Shown one piece after another: positions 38,381 to 47,384 of a stretch of 64,000 nucleotides of DNA. Source of the stretch: Candidatus Babeliales bacterium (GTDB taxonomy: Bacteria > Babelota > Babeliae > Babelales > Vermiphilaceae); NCBI GenBank assembly GCA_963743635.1, contig CAVUQO010000003.1, positions 320,001-384,000 of the forward strand. The letters run 5' to 3'. A program made the position numbers and the translations under genes. Numbering within the stretch: position 1 is the first letter of the stretch; each line of letters begins with the position of its first letter. The notes under the pieces are model-generated. The model was not told where the DNA came from. It saw only the letters and a list, made by a program, of their open reading frames with translations, and did not search any database.

Positions 38381-39355
38381 TTACGCAACGACTGGCTGAT
38401 TCTTTTTTGCGCGTGCAAGTTTGAATGGTTTACCATTGGTGCGGACATGCAACATTTTGATGAACTTGGTAAATGGTTTTTCTGCTGGTGCTTCTTTATG
38501 CCAATGATCCATGGTGTTGATAATATCTGCCAAAAAAGTCAGAAATCGTGGAAACACAAATTCACTATGGAAAATAGAACGGCCATTCATTTTTATTTTG
38601 ACTTGTTCGAGATTGTCTTGATCGGGGAAGTAACGGCCTGAAAGCCAGTGTGATGATTTGGTGCCATTCTTATAAAAACCTTGAGGATCAAGAATTTGGC
38701 ACATATCAATTTGCGAGTAAATGCAAAATATTTTTTTAAATGCCGGATCTTTAATGAGTGATGCTGTTTTATCTTGAACAGGGCAGGCGAGTAAAATCAG
38801 CTCATCCACCGTGAAGCCTTCTGGTTTTGAGGGAATGCGCGCTAAGTTGAGTGCGACATTGCCGCCATGACTATGACTTATAATACGCACGCTTGGCTTT
38901 ACATTATGACGTATTTGGTATTGCTCAAGAACTGCTATGAGATCTCTATAAAGATGTTCTGCGGCTTGTTCCCGTACGCCAAAATCAAGTTTGCCTGACC
39001 AACCAAAAATGTAGAACGTATCGTGTGAAAAGAGATTGGGCGCAGCATTGACCAATGTTTTACCTATTTGGTGCATATGATAGCGCGGTTCATAGTCGCG
39101 TGCCAAAGAAAGCCCAGGCCTTGAATAGATGAAGTTGCGCAGTGCGCCAGCTACGTCAAAAAGCCGTGTGCCGTGAATCCAGATGGTGATCGTATGATTG
39201 TCTTTTGCTTCAGGAGACACATCGATCGCGGTACGGACATTTTTAGGCGCAAAGACGACCTGCTTTTTCAGTGTCTGGAACCGTTGGGAAGAACAGCCAG
39301 GCAGCATAATCAGCAGTAGATAGAACAGGTGGAGGTAGGAAATGCGGGATTTCAT
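38381..39355 (-). CDS. Alpha/beta-hydrolase lipoprotein
   Basis: Lipobox LPGC, IHGT oxyanion motif, SHSHGG nucleophile elbow. Confidence 0.75.
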   Translation of the reverse strand: MKSRISYLHLFYLLLIMLPGCSSQRFQTLKKQVVFAPKNVRTAIDVSPEAKDNHTITIWIHGTRLFDVAGALRNFIYSRPGLSLARDYEPRYHMHQIGKTLVNAAPNLFSHDTFYIFGWSGKLDFGVREQAAEHLYRDLIAVLEQYQIRHNVKPSVRIISHSHGGNVALNLARIPSKPEGFTVDELILLACPVQDKTASLIKDPAFKKIFCIYSQIDMCQILDPQGFYKNGTKSSHWLSGRYFPDQDNLEQVKIKMNGRSIFHSEFVFPRFLTFLADIINTMDHWHKEAPAEKPFTKFIKMLHVRTNGKPFKLARAKKNQPVVA

Positions 39356-39658
39356 TGTCGTGCGTCGCTACAATAAGCCTATAATAACAGTATCTAAACG
39401 TTACAATCCCTTTTAAAAAAGAATATGGTATTATATACAGCTTGTCAAACAACAAAAGGGGTTATCTATGTGTTTTTAGCTACTTTTTATGCTGCAGGCA
39501 CAGCTCCTTGAAGCCTTTAGGAGGTTTTTAGCCTTTATTTGAGCCAAAAAAGCGGCTTTGAAATTCTGATTGAGGCTCTAGATGGCTTTGTCTGAATTAA
39601 TTTGTTTCACGCTGAAATAAATCATTGAGATATGTGATGTTTTTTTGATAGGCTTATT

Positions 39659-39768
39659 CATGAGGTTGGAGGCCAGCAGTCTAAACCCAGTGCGATCCTT
39701 GGATCCCGCTCGGTCTAGACTGCTTGAATGCGAGTAATCGTACCAAGCGCGCTACCTTCGGCCTCATG
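39659..39768 (+). ncRNA. Candidate structured RNA (three-way junction, 110 nt), family unassigned
   Basis: 14-bp closing stem with G-U pairs, perfect 9-bp inner stem, GUAA-tetraloop hairpin, followed by a U-rich tract; GC-rich island in an AT-rich spacer. Confidence 0.5.
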
Positions 39769-39950
39769 TCTTTTGTTTCACGAATTGAGCTGGTTTGAAA
39801 AGCGGTTGATGGATATTGCCTGTCATGTGCGGCTAAGATATGCATACCCTAGTTTAAATCCTAAAACCCCGAATCTCATTGCTTTTTAGGCCCCCTTTCC
39901 ATATACTGAAAGTGTAATAATTCTCTATTATAGCCGTTAAGGGGAATATC

Positions 39951-40379
39951 ATGGATACAATGGTATATATGTGGCTCAGCATCGCAGTATGCTTTCTCAT
40001 TTTTGAGGTCGGCCATCCCGGACTATTTTTCTTCCTTTCATTTTCATGCGGCGCGGTGTGCGCAGCAGCTCTGAGCTACGGTGAGTGTGGGCTTACCTGG
40101 CAAATTATTGGTTTTTTAATCAGTGCGGCATGTTCGTTACTGATCATGCGAAGCTTATTTCTAAGTAATGCGCAGAGCGGTACCCCGACCAATGTTTATG
40201 CATTGCAAGGAAAACATGCGGTGGTAACCCGTGCCATTCCAGCCCATGGTGTAGGGTCTGTGAAAGTAGGCGGGGAAGAATGGACTGCTGAATCGTTACA
40301 CAATGAGGCATATGCAGTTGGTACGCGTGTGACCATTATTCGAGTGCAAGGTGCTCGGGTGATCGTTGAGCGCGCTTAA
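39951..40379 (+). CDS. NfeD-family membrane protein
   Basis: N-terminal TMs plus C-terminal OB-fold (GSVKVGGEEWTAES, VTIIRVQG); upstream of the SPFH gene. Confidence 0.9.
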   Translation: MDTMVYMWLSIAVCFLIFEVGHPGLFFFLSFSCGAVCAAALSYGECGLTWQIIGFLISAACSLLIMRSLFLSNAQSGTPTNVYALQGKHAVVTRAIPAHGVGSVKVGGEEWTAESLHNEAYAVGTRVTIIRVQGARVIVERA

Positions 40380-40418
40380 CATAATAAAAATAATCCTTAC
40401 ATAGGAAAGGGGTCGATT

Positions 40419-41402
40419 ATGATCTTAGAATTTGGCATTTTTGCCATCGTAGTATTCATCTTTTTGATGGTGTTCATTGCAAAAGCAATTTACTTGGTAA
40501 GGCAATCTGAAGTAATGGTCATTGAAAAGTTTGGTAAATTTAGTCGCGTATTGCATCCAGGGATTCACTTTGTGATTCCGTTTGCAGAAACTCCGCATCA
40601 AGTAACCTGGACATTCATCTATCAAGGTGAAGGCAAGCGTTATTATCGTGTGACCAAGCAAGTAACGCGTATTGATATGCGTGAGGCGGTCTATGATTTT
40701 CCAAAGCAAAATGTGATCACTAAAGATAACGTCACCATGGAAATTAACGCGTTGCTCTATTATCAAATTACTGATCCTAAAGCAGCAATGTATGAAGTAT
40801 ATGATCTTCCAGAAGCTATCGAGAAATTAACACAAACAACATTGCGTAACGTCATCGGCTCTCTTGATCTTGATGAATCACTCGTTTCACGTGACCAAAT
40901 CAATGAAAAGTTGCGCATCATTCTTGATGAAGCAACGGATAAGTGGGGCGTCAAAGTGAACCGCGTTGAGCTGCAAGAGGTAAATCCTCCAGCAGACATT
41001 CGTCAGGCGATGGAAAAGCAGATGCGCGCTGAACGCGATCGTCGTGCGGTAATTTTGGAAGCTGAAGGTAAAAAGCGAGCAGCTATTTTGCAAGCAGAAG
41101 GTGCGCAAGAAGCGGCAGTGCTTGATGCACGCGGTGAAGCTGAATCAAAGGCAATTCGTGCCCAAGGTGAAGCGGATGCACGCTTAAAGATTGTTGAGGC
41201 CGAAGCAAAGGCAATTGGCATGATTACTCAAGCGGTGCCGGGCGTCGATCCATTGCCATACATGATTGCGTTGAATTACATCAAAATGATGCCTGAATTA
41301 ACGGCAGGTAAGAATGATAAGCTTATCTTGGTTCCGTACGAGGCAAGTTCACTCGCTGGCTCATTAACGGCAATGAAGAAGATGTTTGAAGAAATCAAAT
41401 AA
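40419..41402 (+). CDS. SPFH/stomatin-family protein (QmcA/paraslipin-like)
   Basis: VITKDNV, TTLRNVIG, WGVKVNRVELQ, AMEKQMRAERDRRA. Confidence 0.93.
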   Translation: MILEFGIFAIVVFIFLMVFIAKAIYLVRQSEVMVIEKFGKFSRVLHPGIHFVIPFAETPHQVTWTFIYQGEGKRYYRVTKQVTRIDMREAVYDFPKQNVITKDNVTMEINALLYYQITDPKAAMYEVYDLPEAIEKLTQTTLRNVIGSLDLDESLVSRDQINEKLRIILDEATDKWGVKVNRVELQEVNPPADIRQAMEKQMRAERDRRAVILEAEGKKRAAILQAEGAQEAAVLDARGEAESKAIRAQGEADARLKIVEAEAKAIGMITQAVPGVDPLPYMIALNYIKMMPELTAGKNDKLILVPYEASSLAGSLTAMKKMFEEIK

Positions 41403-41418
41403 ACAGAATACATAACAA

Positions 41419-41453
41419 AAAAGAGGGACCTCTTTATCGGAGGTCCCTCTTTT
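41419..41453. terminator. Bidirectional terminator
   Basis: AAAAGAGGGACCTC/GAGGTCCCTCTTTT. Confidence 0.8.
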
Positions 41454-41457
41454 CATT

Positions 41458-41538
41458 TCATGAGTGTGATTTATGTTCCTTATTCTTTTCCCGCAGCAAT
41501 GCGCTGGTAAGAAGTAGTGGAATTAATAACTTTTTCAT
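41458..41538 (-). pseudogene. Truncated GNAT-array copy (signal-peptide remnant)
   Basis: MKKLLIPLLLTSA... is near-identical in nucleotide sequence to the 5' end of 41535..42113, then diverges and stops after 26 codons. Confidence 0.65.
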
Positions 41539-42113
41539 GATCGTACTCTTTTATTTATGTGTAACTTTTTCATCATGAATAACCACATTGGTCTATCATG
41601 CTCTGGTTGGGAATACTGTTGTTTTTTATAAAAATGTTGGGCATCGGAGATACTATTGAGGTACATATAATCAATGTTATTCTGGATAGCGTTATCTTCA
41701 GCTTTTTTTAAAAGTAATGCACCCAATCCTTTACGCTGTTGCTTAGGATCAACAACGAGCCACTCTATTTTGGCGCCATTCATTTTGTTTAGTTCGATCG
41801 TTGAGGGGCAGTCAGGCATTTCATTATAAGCAACAGCGCGCGACTTCGCTTGATATATAATACAACCGAGGAGACAATCAGGACGATTTGAGCGTGTTTT
41901 GCGATAACTTCTAACCGCAACATCAATCCAATTTTTTCGGCAAGCTCTGTGACGAGTGACCGCGGCTGGTGGCGTTATCCAGGTAAATTCTTGCGTAAGA
42001 AGTTTGAGTACGGAGTCTTTATCTGTTTCATGATTAAATGACCTGATGCGCACATCTTCCATTGCATGCATCGATGCGCTGGTAAGAAGGAGTGTAATTA
42101 ATAACTTTTTCAT
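41535..42113 (-). CDS. Secreted GNAT acetyltransferase 1
   Basis: Signal peptide; LVVDPKQQRKGLG (motif A); AQHFYKK. Confidence 0.85.
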   Translation of the reverse strand: MKKLLITLLLTSASMHAMEDVRIRSFNHETDKDSVLKLLTQEFTWITPPAAVTRHRACRKNWIDVAVRSYRKTRSNRPDCLLGCIIYQAKSRAVAYNEMPDCPSTIELNKMNGAKIEWLVVDPKQQRKGLGALLLKKAEDNAIQNNIDYMYLNSISDAQHFYKKQQYSQPEHDRPMWLFMMKKLHINKRVRS

Positions 42114-42117
42114 GATC

Positions 42118-42606
42118 TTACTCTTTACTAATAGTCTTGCGCATGTAAAAGGGTATCTCTGTGTCTTCATAAGCATATCCTAGCTGTTCATAAAAAGATT
42201 GCTTGCCATTGATAGGCTGAAGAAATAGGTGATGGTCTTTTTTAGATGTCTGTATTGATTTTTCAACATGTTGCATGAGTAATTGGCCGTATCCCTTACA
42301 TCGATATTCGCGTGCAACAGATACTGCTTTGATTTCAGTCTCCGTTATTGATGAGCGATCCGTTGTTTGATATACAATGGCTCCCAATACTCTGTCTTCG
42401 CGCTTAGCCCGTGGTTTGACAAGAACATTTATTGTTATGTTAGGGTTACTTAAAATGTTGATGTCAATTAATGATTTGAATAGATCGAGGGCATTGCTTT
42501 GTTTTGCGGGATCAAACGGCACAATGCGCACATCTTCCATTGCATGCATCGATGCGCTGGTAAGTAGGATGGTTAGTAAGGCAAAAAGAGATCGTTTAGT
42601 ATACAT
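42118..42606 (-). CDS. Secreted GNAT acetyltransferase 2
   Basis: Signal peptide; VSVAREYRCKGYG; FYEQLGY. Confidence 0.87.
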   Translation of the reverse strand: MYTKRSLFALLTILLTSASMHAMEDVRIVPFDPAKQSNALDLFKSLIDINILSNPNITINVLVKPRAKREDRVLGAIVYQTTDRSSITETEIKAVSVAREYRCKGYGQLLMQHVEKSIQTSKKDHHLFLQPINGKQSFYEQLGYAYEDTEIPFYMRKTISKE

Positions 42607-42619
42607 ATAAATTCCTTTC

Positions 42620-43279
42620 TTAGATTAAAAATTTAGTAAAGTGAAGACCTATGCCTTTGTTTTTGTTTTCTGTGCGGTCGTCTTTCACTTGCTTAAGCAT
42701 ATCTTGCATGTCTTCATTCATAGGGAGTGCCATCGAATCATGGGTTGTAGCATCGGCAGTGGTTTTAAAATATCCATGTTTTTCATAGAATGATCGAGTT
42801 CTATTAATTGCAACGAGGGCGATAATGTCTTGATCGGTCTTCTGCGCTACTTGCCCAATATGATTCAATAATCGTTGTCCAAATCCGTGTCCAGCACGCT
42901 TGTTAGTTTTGCGAAATTTATTAGCTATGGCCAGATAATCGAGCCGTAAAATATTAAGATAAGCTGATGAGTGTTTATATCTTCGTATGTCTGAAAAAGC
43001 TGCTTTATGCGGTATTGTTTCATTGTTCCAGATCGCAAAGCCAGCCGGTTTTTTTAGATATTCTAACACGGCGATTTTTGTTTCCGGATGATCTGTAGGT
43101 TTTGTAAGTTCTGAAGGGGGTTCTTCAGCATCAGGAAATGCGTTTAAGAAGATAGCTGAAACTTTTTTACCATGGGTCACGGGATTATAATCCACAATGC
43201 GTATCGCATCCTGATCCATTGCATGCAGCGAAGCACTGGCAAGAAAGAGAGCGAGTAGGTAGGAGTGTATTAATTTCAT
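42620..43279 (-). CDS. Secreted GNAT acetyltransferase 3
   Basis: Signal peptide; LAIANKFRK...GHGFG (insertion in motif A); FYEKHGY. Confidence 0.83.
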   Translation of the reverse strand: MKLIHSYLLALFLASASLHAMDQDAIRIVDYNPVTHGKKVSAIFLNAFPDAEEPPSELTKPTDHPETKIAVLEYLKKPAGFAIWNNETIPHKAAFSDIRRYKHSSAYLNILRLDYLAIANKFRKTNKRAGHGFGQRLLNHIGQVAQKTDQDIIALVAINRTRSFYEKHGYFKTTADATTHDSMALPMNEDMQDMLKQVKDDRTENKNKGIGLHFTKFLI

Positions 43280-43291
43280 CCTTTGTCCTTG

Positions 43292-43942
43292 TTAAATGAA
43301 ATTTTTATTTAACAAGGTGGATTTTTGCTGTTCATAGTTTTCTTCACGTTTGGCGATTACCTCACGTAATATCTCTTTCATAGTATCATTCAGCGGCAGT
43401 GCCATGCGGTCTATTGAGAGTTGGCGAGGCAGAGTGTTGATGAAACCATTCTTTTCATAAAAAGGTCGCGAACCATAAGCTGCATGGAGGGATATGACAT
43501 CAGTCTCATATTCGTTCGCTTTTTCTCTAATGTAGTGTAATAAAGAAGAGCCAAGGCCCTTGCCTGCTCTGGTGTCAGTGTGGCGATGATTCTTGTGTAT
43601 TGCGATATGGAGGATCCGTACTATGTTAAAGTGTGTACGATTGTGGGTAGGATTATATATATCATTGAAGGCTTGATGCTTGGTCAATATTTCCCTTTCC
43701 CAGATTGCAAAACCAACGGTTTTCCCGTTCTCTTTCAGCACCGTTATATGCGCGTTGAGAGAAGTTGGCGTATTAATGAATACTGGATCAAGATCTGCGC
43801 CGCCAAATGCCTCTGAAAAGATATTTTGAACTTTGAGGGCATATTTTTGTGTAGGATCGTATTCAATATAGGTGAGATCTTTATGCTCCATTGCATGCAG
43901 CGATGCGCTGGCAAGAAGGAGAGTGAGTAATAATTTTTTCAT
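43292..43942 (-). CDS. Secreted GNAT acetyltransferase 4
   Basis: Signal peptide; IAIHKNHRH...GKGLG; FYEKNGF; paralogue of GNAT 3. Confidence 0.83.
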   Translation of the reverse strand: MKKLLLTLLLASASLHAMEHKDLTYIEYDPTQKYALKVQNIFSEAFGGADLDPVFINTPTSLNAHITVLKENGKTVGFAIWEREILTKHQAFNDIYNPTHNRTHFNIVRILHIAIHKNHRHTDTRAGKGLGSSLLHYIREKANEYETDVISLHAAYGSRPFYEKNGFINTLPRQLSIDRMALPLNDTMKEILREVIAKREENYEQQKSTLLNKNFI

Positions 43943-44481
43943 GAGATTTTCCTTTTTTCTGTTGTTATATCGCTATCACGATTGAGATATTTTATCATGG
44001 TTAAAGATTCCGGCGCTTTCTCTCTGAATGCGAGCTTTTTTGTATAAAATTTTTTCGATTCTGGAGTAGCATTTATTTCTATTAAATCGATGTTATTTCT
44101 TGCCTGTACACCATCTATAAGCATCTGCACGAGGTTGGTGCCATAACCCTTAGATCGCATTGATTCAACGATAGCAAGGTTATATACATGGCGCTTTATG
44201 CGATTATTTGCAGTAAGAAAATCCCGAAAAATGGCAAATCCAATAAACGTATTATTGAGTAATAATGCGCAATTGCTGCTTTTTTGATCGTATAAGGCGT
44301 CTGACGCACTGCCATCAAATGTGCTACGATATAATTCTTCCGCTGCATGCCCATGGACCGCTTTATTAAGCGCGACGAGTTGAAGGTCATCAGGATTACT
44401 CCAGAGTGATGTGCTGCTCAGCAATAGAAGCGGTAATAATATATTAATCCTGAGAAGAGTCATAAGGTTTACTTCTTGCAC
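43939..44481 (-). CDS. Secreted GNAT acetyltransferase 5
   Basis: Hydrophobic leader; LAIVESMRSKGYG; KKFYTKK. Confidence 0.82.
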   Translation of the reverse strand: MQEVNLMTLLRINILLPLLLLSSTSLWSNPDDLQLVALNKAVHGHAAEELYRSTFDGSASDALYDQKSSNCALLLNNTFIGFAIFRDFLTANNRIKRHVYNLAIVESMRSKGYGTNLVQMLIDGVQARNNIDLIEINATPESKKFYTKKLAFREKAPESLTMIKYLNRDSDITTEKRKIS

Positions 44482-45089
44482 CGTTTAAATGGATTAATGC
44501 TATCGATTATTCGTCTAGAAAATGAAGGAGTAAGATTTTTTATCATGATGGTTGAATCATTGGCGTCAATATAGGTGAAATTGCGTAACTCAAATGAGTG
44601 TTTTGATTCATCCCTTGTCCATGTAGACATGCGCATAATGTGCATTTCAGCAGCCGTTTCTTCCAGACATTGTATGGCCTTAGGCTCATATCTTTCATAT
44701 CCTTCTGTCATGATAAGATCATCGATCTTGAAAAGTTCTGTATTGGCGCGGCGCGTGCGTTGGCGGCTATAGAGTGCGATTCCTGCTATTTCGTTATTCA
44801 CTAGAAACACCGTTGCTGTTTGCTGACCAATGCGGTCATTGTGAGACGCCAGAGGATCAGTCGTTCCTTCCAAGGCGCTCGGCATGAGCTGACTTATTCT
44901 AGATTGCGGAGCATCGGCAGGGATCCTGGCAGCCGTAAACATTGCTTGTGCTTGCTCAGCATGGCTTGCAGGATTGAAAGGCACCATAGTGAGTTTCTGC
45001 GTGCATCCCATGAGAGAAATGCCGCTGGTAATTGCGATCAGCGCAATGAATATATTATTTTTTAAGGTCTTCATAGTGTTGTTCTCCAT
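44469..45089 (-). CDS. GNAT-fold lipoprotein 6 (degenerate acetyl-CoA motif)
   Basis: Lipobox-like LMGC; VPFNPASH and IAGIALY patterns shared with its neighbours; motif A lacks GxG. Confidence 0.65.
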   Translation of the reverse strand: MENNTMKTLKNNIFIALIAITSGISLMGCTQKLTMVPFNPASHAEQAQAMFTAARIPADAPQSRISQLMPSALEGTTDPLASHNDRIGQQTATVFLVNNEIAGIALYSRQRTRRANTELFKIDDLIMTEGYERYEPKAIQCLEETAAEMHIMRMSTWTRDESKHSFELRNFTYIDANDSTIMIKNLTPSFSRRIIDSINPFKRCKK

Positions 45090-45091
45090 TT

Positions 45092-45658
45092 TTAGTTATC
45101 AAAAATATTATTGATGTAATTATCAAATACAATGAGTGTGGGCTCGGAGGTAATATGCTTATACATATGGCTCCTGAATGGCCCCATACGTTTGAAGCCA
45201 AGCTTCGCATAAAAATTAATAGCATTGCCTGTCGATAGTACGGTGAGAGCTTTTATGCCGGAATCACGCGCTTGCTGTTCTATCTGAGCCATAAAATATG
45301 CAGCATAATGCAATCCGCGATACGCTTTATGTATGATTAGATAGTCGATATTACGCTTTAGTTCTTCAGAATCGGTATAAATTAGGGTTCCTACTGCAGT
45401 ATCATGAGCTAATAAAATTTTTATGATTCGGTTGGAGCGCAGGGAGGCTAAGATAAAATCAAATGAGGTATTGAAAAAGTCTTTTTTGAATAGATCACGC
45501 ATATACGGTAGATGTGTTTCTTCAAAGGGCACAGCCTTGAGAGTGAATGACTGGTGGATAGCCGCAAGCTCTCGATACATCTGTTCAGGATTCGGGCTCA
45601 TAGCTTGAATAGCTATAGTCTGTGCTATAATTGCTAATCCAATTAATAATTTCTTCAT
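45092..45658 (-). CDS. Secreted GNAT acetyltransferase 7
   Basis: GGAGG RBS; signal peptide; LIIHKAYRGLHYA; AINFYAKLGF. Confidence 0.85.
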   Translation of the reverse strand: MKKLLIGLAIIAQTIAIQAMSPNPEQMYRELAAIHQSFTLKAVPFEETHLPYMRDLFKKDFFNTSFDFILASLRSNRIIKILLAHDTAVGTLIYTDSEELKRNIDYLIIHKAYRGLHYAAYFMAQIEQQARDSGIKALTVLSTGNAINFYAKLGFKRMGPFRSHMYKHITSEPTLIVFDNYINNIFDN

Positions 45659-45841
45659 GTATTACCTCCTATTCCAGGTCAAAAAAAACCTTTGTTTACA
45701 ATACAATATTAACATTTATTGAATATATTGCAAGCGGGTTATTTTCTATCTGTCACTAGCAGAGAGGTGGCTTTTTGCAGGTTCGTGAACCTGGGCCAAT
45801 AAGGTCTAGGGGAAACAAAAAGGAGAAAATAGAGACTGCTT

Positions 45842-46429
45842 TTAGGCGAGTTGAGGAATGCATTGAAGATTATTGGCCGGAATCGCATCAAGAGCTTGAA
45901 AAGGTTCAAGATTCTTAACCATATAATTTGAATAAGAGCTTGTCGCCTCAAAGCCGAGTCTGGTATAGAACGGCGTAGCGCGTGATACCGCGTTTAAAGA
46001 GATGCTGGTTATTCCTTGGCTGCGGGATAATGCTTCAAATTGCTGCATAAAATGGGTTCCGAGCTTGTGATTGTGATAATCGGGATCTATAGCCAATAGA
46101 TTGACGTAGCGCATAACCTGGCCATTTTGATTGATTTCGTCTTGGTACTTGATAAAGCCAATGACAACGCCATTAAACATCAAGACGTGGGCTGAGGGAT
46201 TGCCCTTGCCGCATAGGAGTGGGGTGGTAACGTACTCAGGAGGCACGCTGAAGGCCCTTGAATAGATTGATTTTGCCTGTTTGCCATGTTTGGCTTCTAC
46301 AAAAGGCACAACTTTAAGATCTAAGCCTTGTTTTACCGTAAAGTTGGCTGTTTGCTGATCCGCGCAAAGAGGTGCGCTGCCAGCCAAAATGAAGAGTAGC
46401 GCAAAGAGTCTACTTCTGAAAATATTCAT
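45842..46429 (-). CDS. Secreted GNAT acetyltransferase 8
   Basis: Signal peptide; LAIDPDYHNHKLG; ATPFYTRLGF. Confidence 0.85.
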   Translation of the reverse strand: MNIFRSRLFALLFILAGSAPLCADQQTANFTVKQGLDLKVVPFVEAKHGKQAKSIYSRAFSVPPEYVTTPLLCGKGNPSAHVLMFNGVVIGFIKYQDEINQNGQVMRYVNLLAIDPDYHNHKLGTHFMQQFEALSRSQGITSISLNAVSRATPFYTRLGFEATSSYSNYMVKNLEPFQALDAIPANNLQCIPQLA

Positions 46430-46544
46430 GAAATTCCCTAAAATCCCATAAGATTGATGTTCCCTAACAATCTTTAGAATATATAAATTATAGGAAAGAG
46501 CAAAGTTCTTATTGGCTGTTTATGGCGTATTTAAGGGCTTTTAT

Positions 46545-46629
46545 GGGTGTTGCAGGGATGCAGAGACTATGTCTATTGCAGCTTTTCCCAAGCCGCCAGC
46601 CTCACTCAGTTCCTTGCGCAGGGTGTTAA
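46545..46629. repeat. Direct-repeat copy of the ABC-F 3' end and downstream sequence (original at about 47352-47443)
   Basis: TGCAGGGATG(AGATG)CAGAGACTATGTCTATTGCAGCTTTTCCCAAGCCGCCA(TT)GCCTCACTCAGTTCCTTGCGCAGGGTGTTAA is present twice; the core differs by two small deletions. Confidence 0.92.
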
Positions 46630-46634
46630 TATTA

Positions 46635-47279
46635 TCATATCTTATTGGCTTTGATCTCTTTAATGAGAGAATTGCAGAATAAATCACTGCATTGGTAGTC
46701 ATTTCTTCGATAGAAATTTTTAGGCCTATCGAGAGATACTAAAGAGACGGTAGATACACCATCTTCAGCGGCTAGATCCTCAAATTCTTTTAATGCCTGA
46801 GTGCCAATGCCATTGCCACGATAGTGAGCCCCTACTGAAAAATAACAGAGATGACGGATCTTGTGATATTTTAGGGGTAACTCCTTGCCATAAAACCATT
46901 TATGCGTGAGATAATAGAATAAATCCACCGTCGTATAATCATAAACTGTATCATCTTTATAAATCATAGAGCCCATTACAGTATTATTTGAGACTATGGC
47001 GAATGCTTTGTGGGTCTTTTCTTTCCCATACGGTTCACCCCCGTTTAGCACAGAAGGCACACAATAGGAGGGGAATGCCTCAGCCCAAATCTTAGATGCT
47101 TTCTCTCCATGTTTTGCATGGTTAAAAGCTACCAATTTGGGTTGGTTACGTTGGTTAATTGATTGGTTAATTGATTGGTTAATTGATTGTGCTAAAAATG
47201 ATTGAAACATGCCAAAAGCAGGTACATAGCCTGCGAAGGCCATGGCCATAGCAAAAAATGCTTTTTTGATTCTATTCAT
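46635..47279 (-). CDS. Secreted GNAT acetyltransferase 9 with INQS microsatellite
   Basis: Signal peptide; FSVGAHYRGNGIG; KNFYRRNDY; 12-bp repeat at about 47151-47189. Confidence 0.83.
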   Translation of the reverse strand: MNRIKKAFFAMAMAFAGYVPAFGMFQSFLAQSINQSINQSINQRNQPKLVAFNHAKHGEKASKIWAEAFPSYCVPSVLNGGEPYGKEKTHKAFAIVSNNTVMGSMIYKDDTVYDYTTVDLFYYLTHKWFYGKELPLKYHKIRHLCYFSVGAHYRGNGIGTQALKEFEDLAAEDGVSTVSLVSLDRPKNFYRRNDYQCSDLFCNSLIKEIKANKI

Positions 47280-47384
47280 ACATTGTCCCTTTTTTATTAC
47301 AGTTCCTTTAATTACATATAGAATACCATGTGTATAAAGGCTTGTAAAAAGGGGTATTGCAGGGATGAGATGCAGAGACTATGT

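Noticed and set aside
39659..39768. 5S rRNA, SRP RNA or tRNA identity
   Set aside because: Lacks CCGAAC/GATGGTA (5S), the CAGG...GGAAG..AGCAG SRP core, and TTCG/CCA tRNA hallmarks; left unassigned.
41535..47279. GNAT toxin-antitoxin modules or antibiotic-resistance island
   Set aside because: No upstream RHH antitoxin genes, and all members carry export signals.
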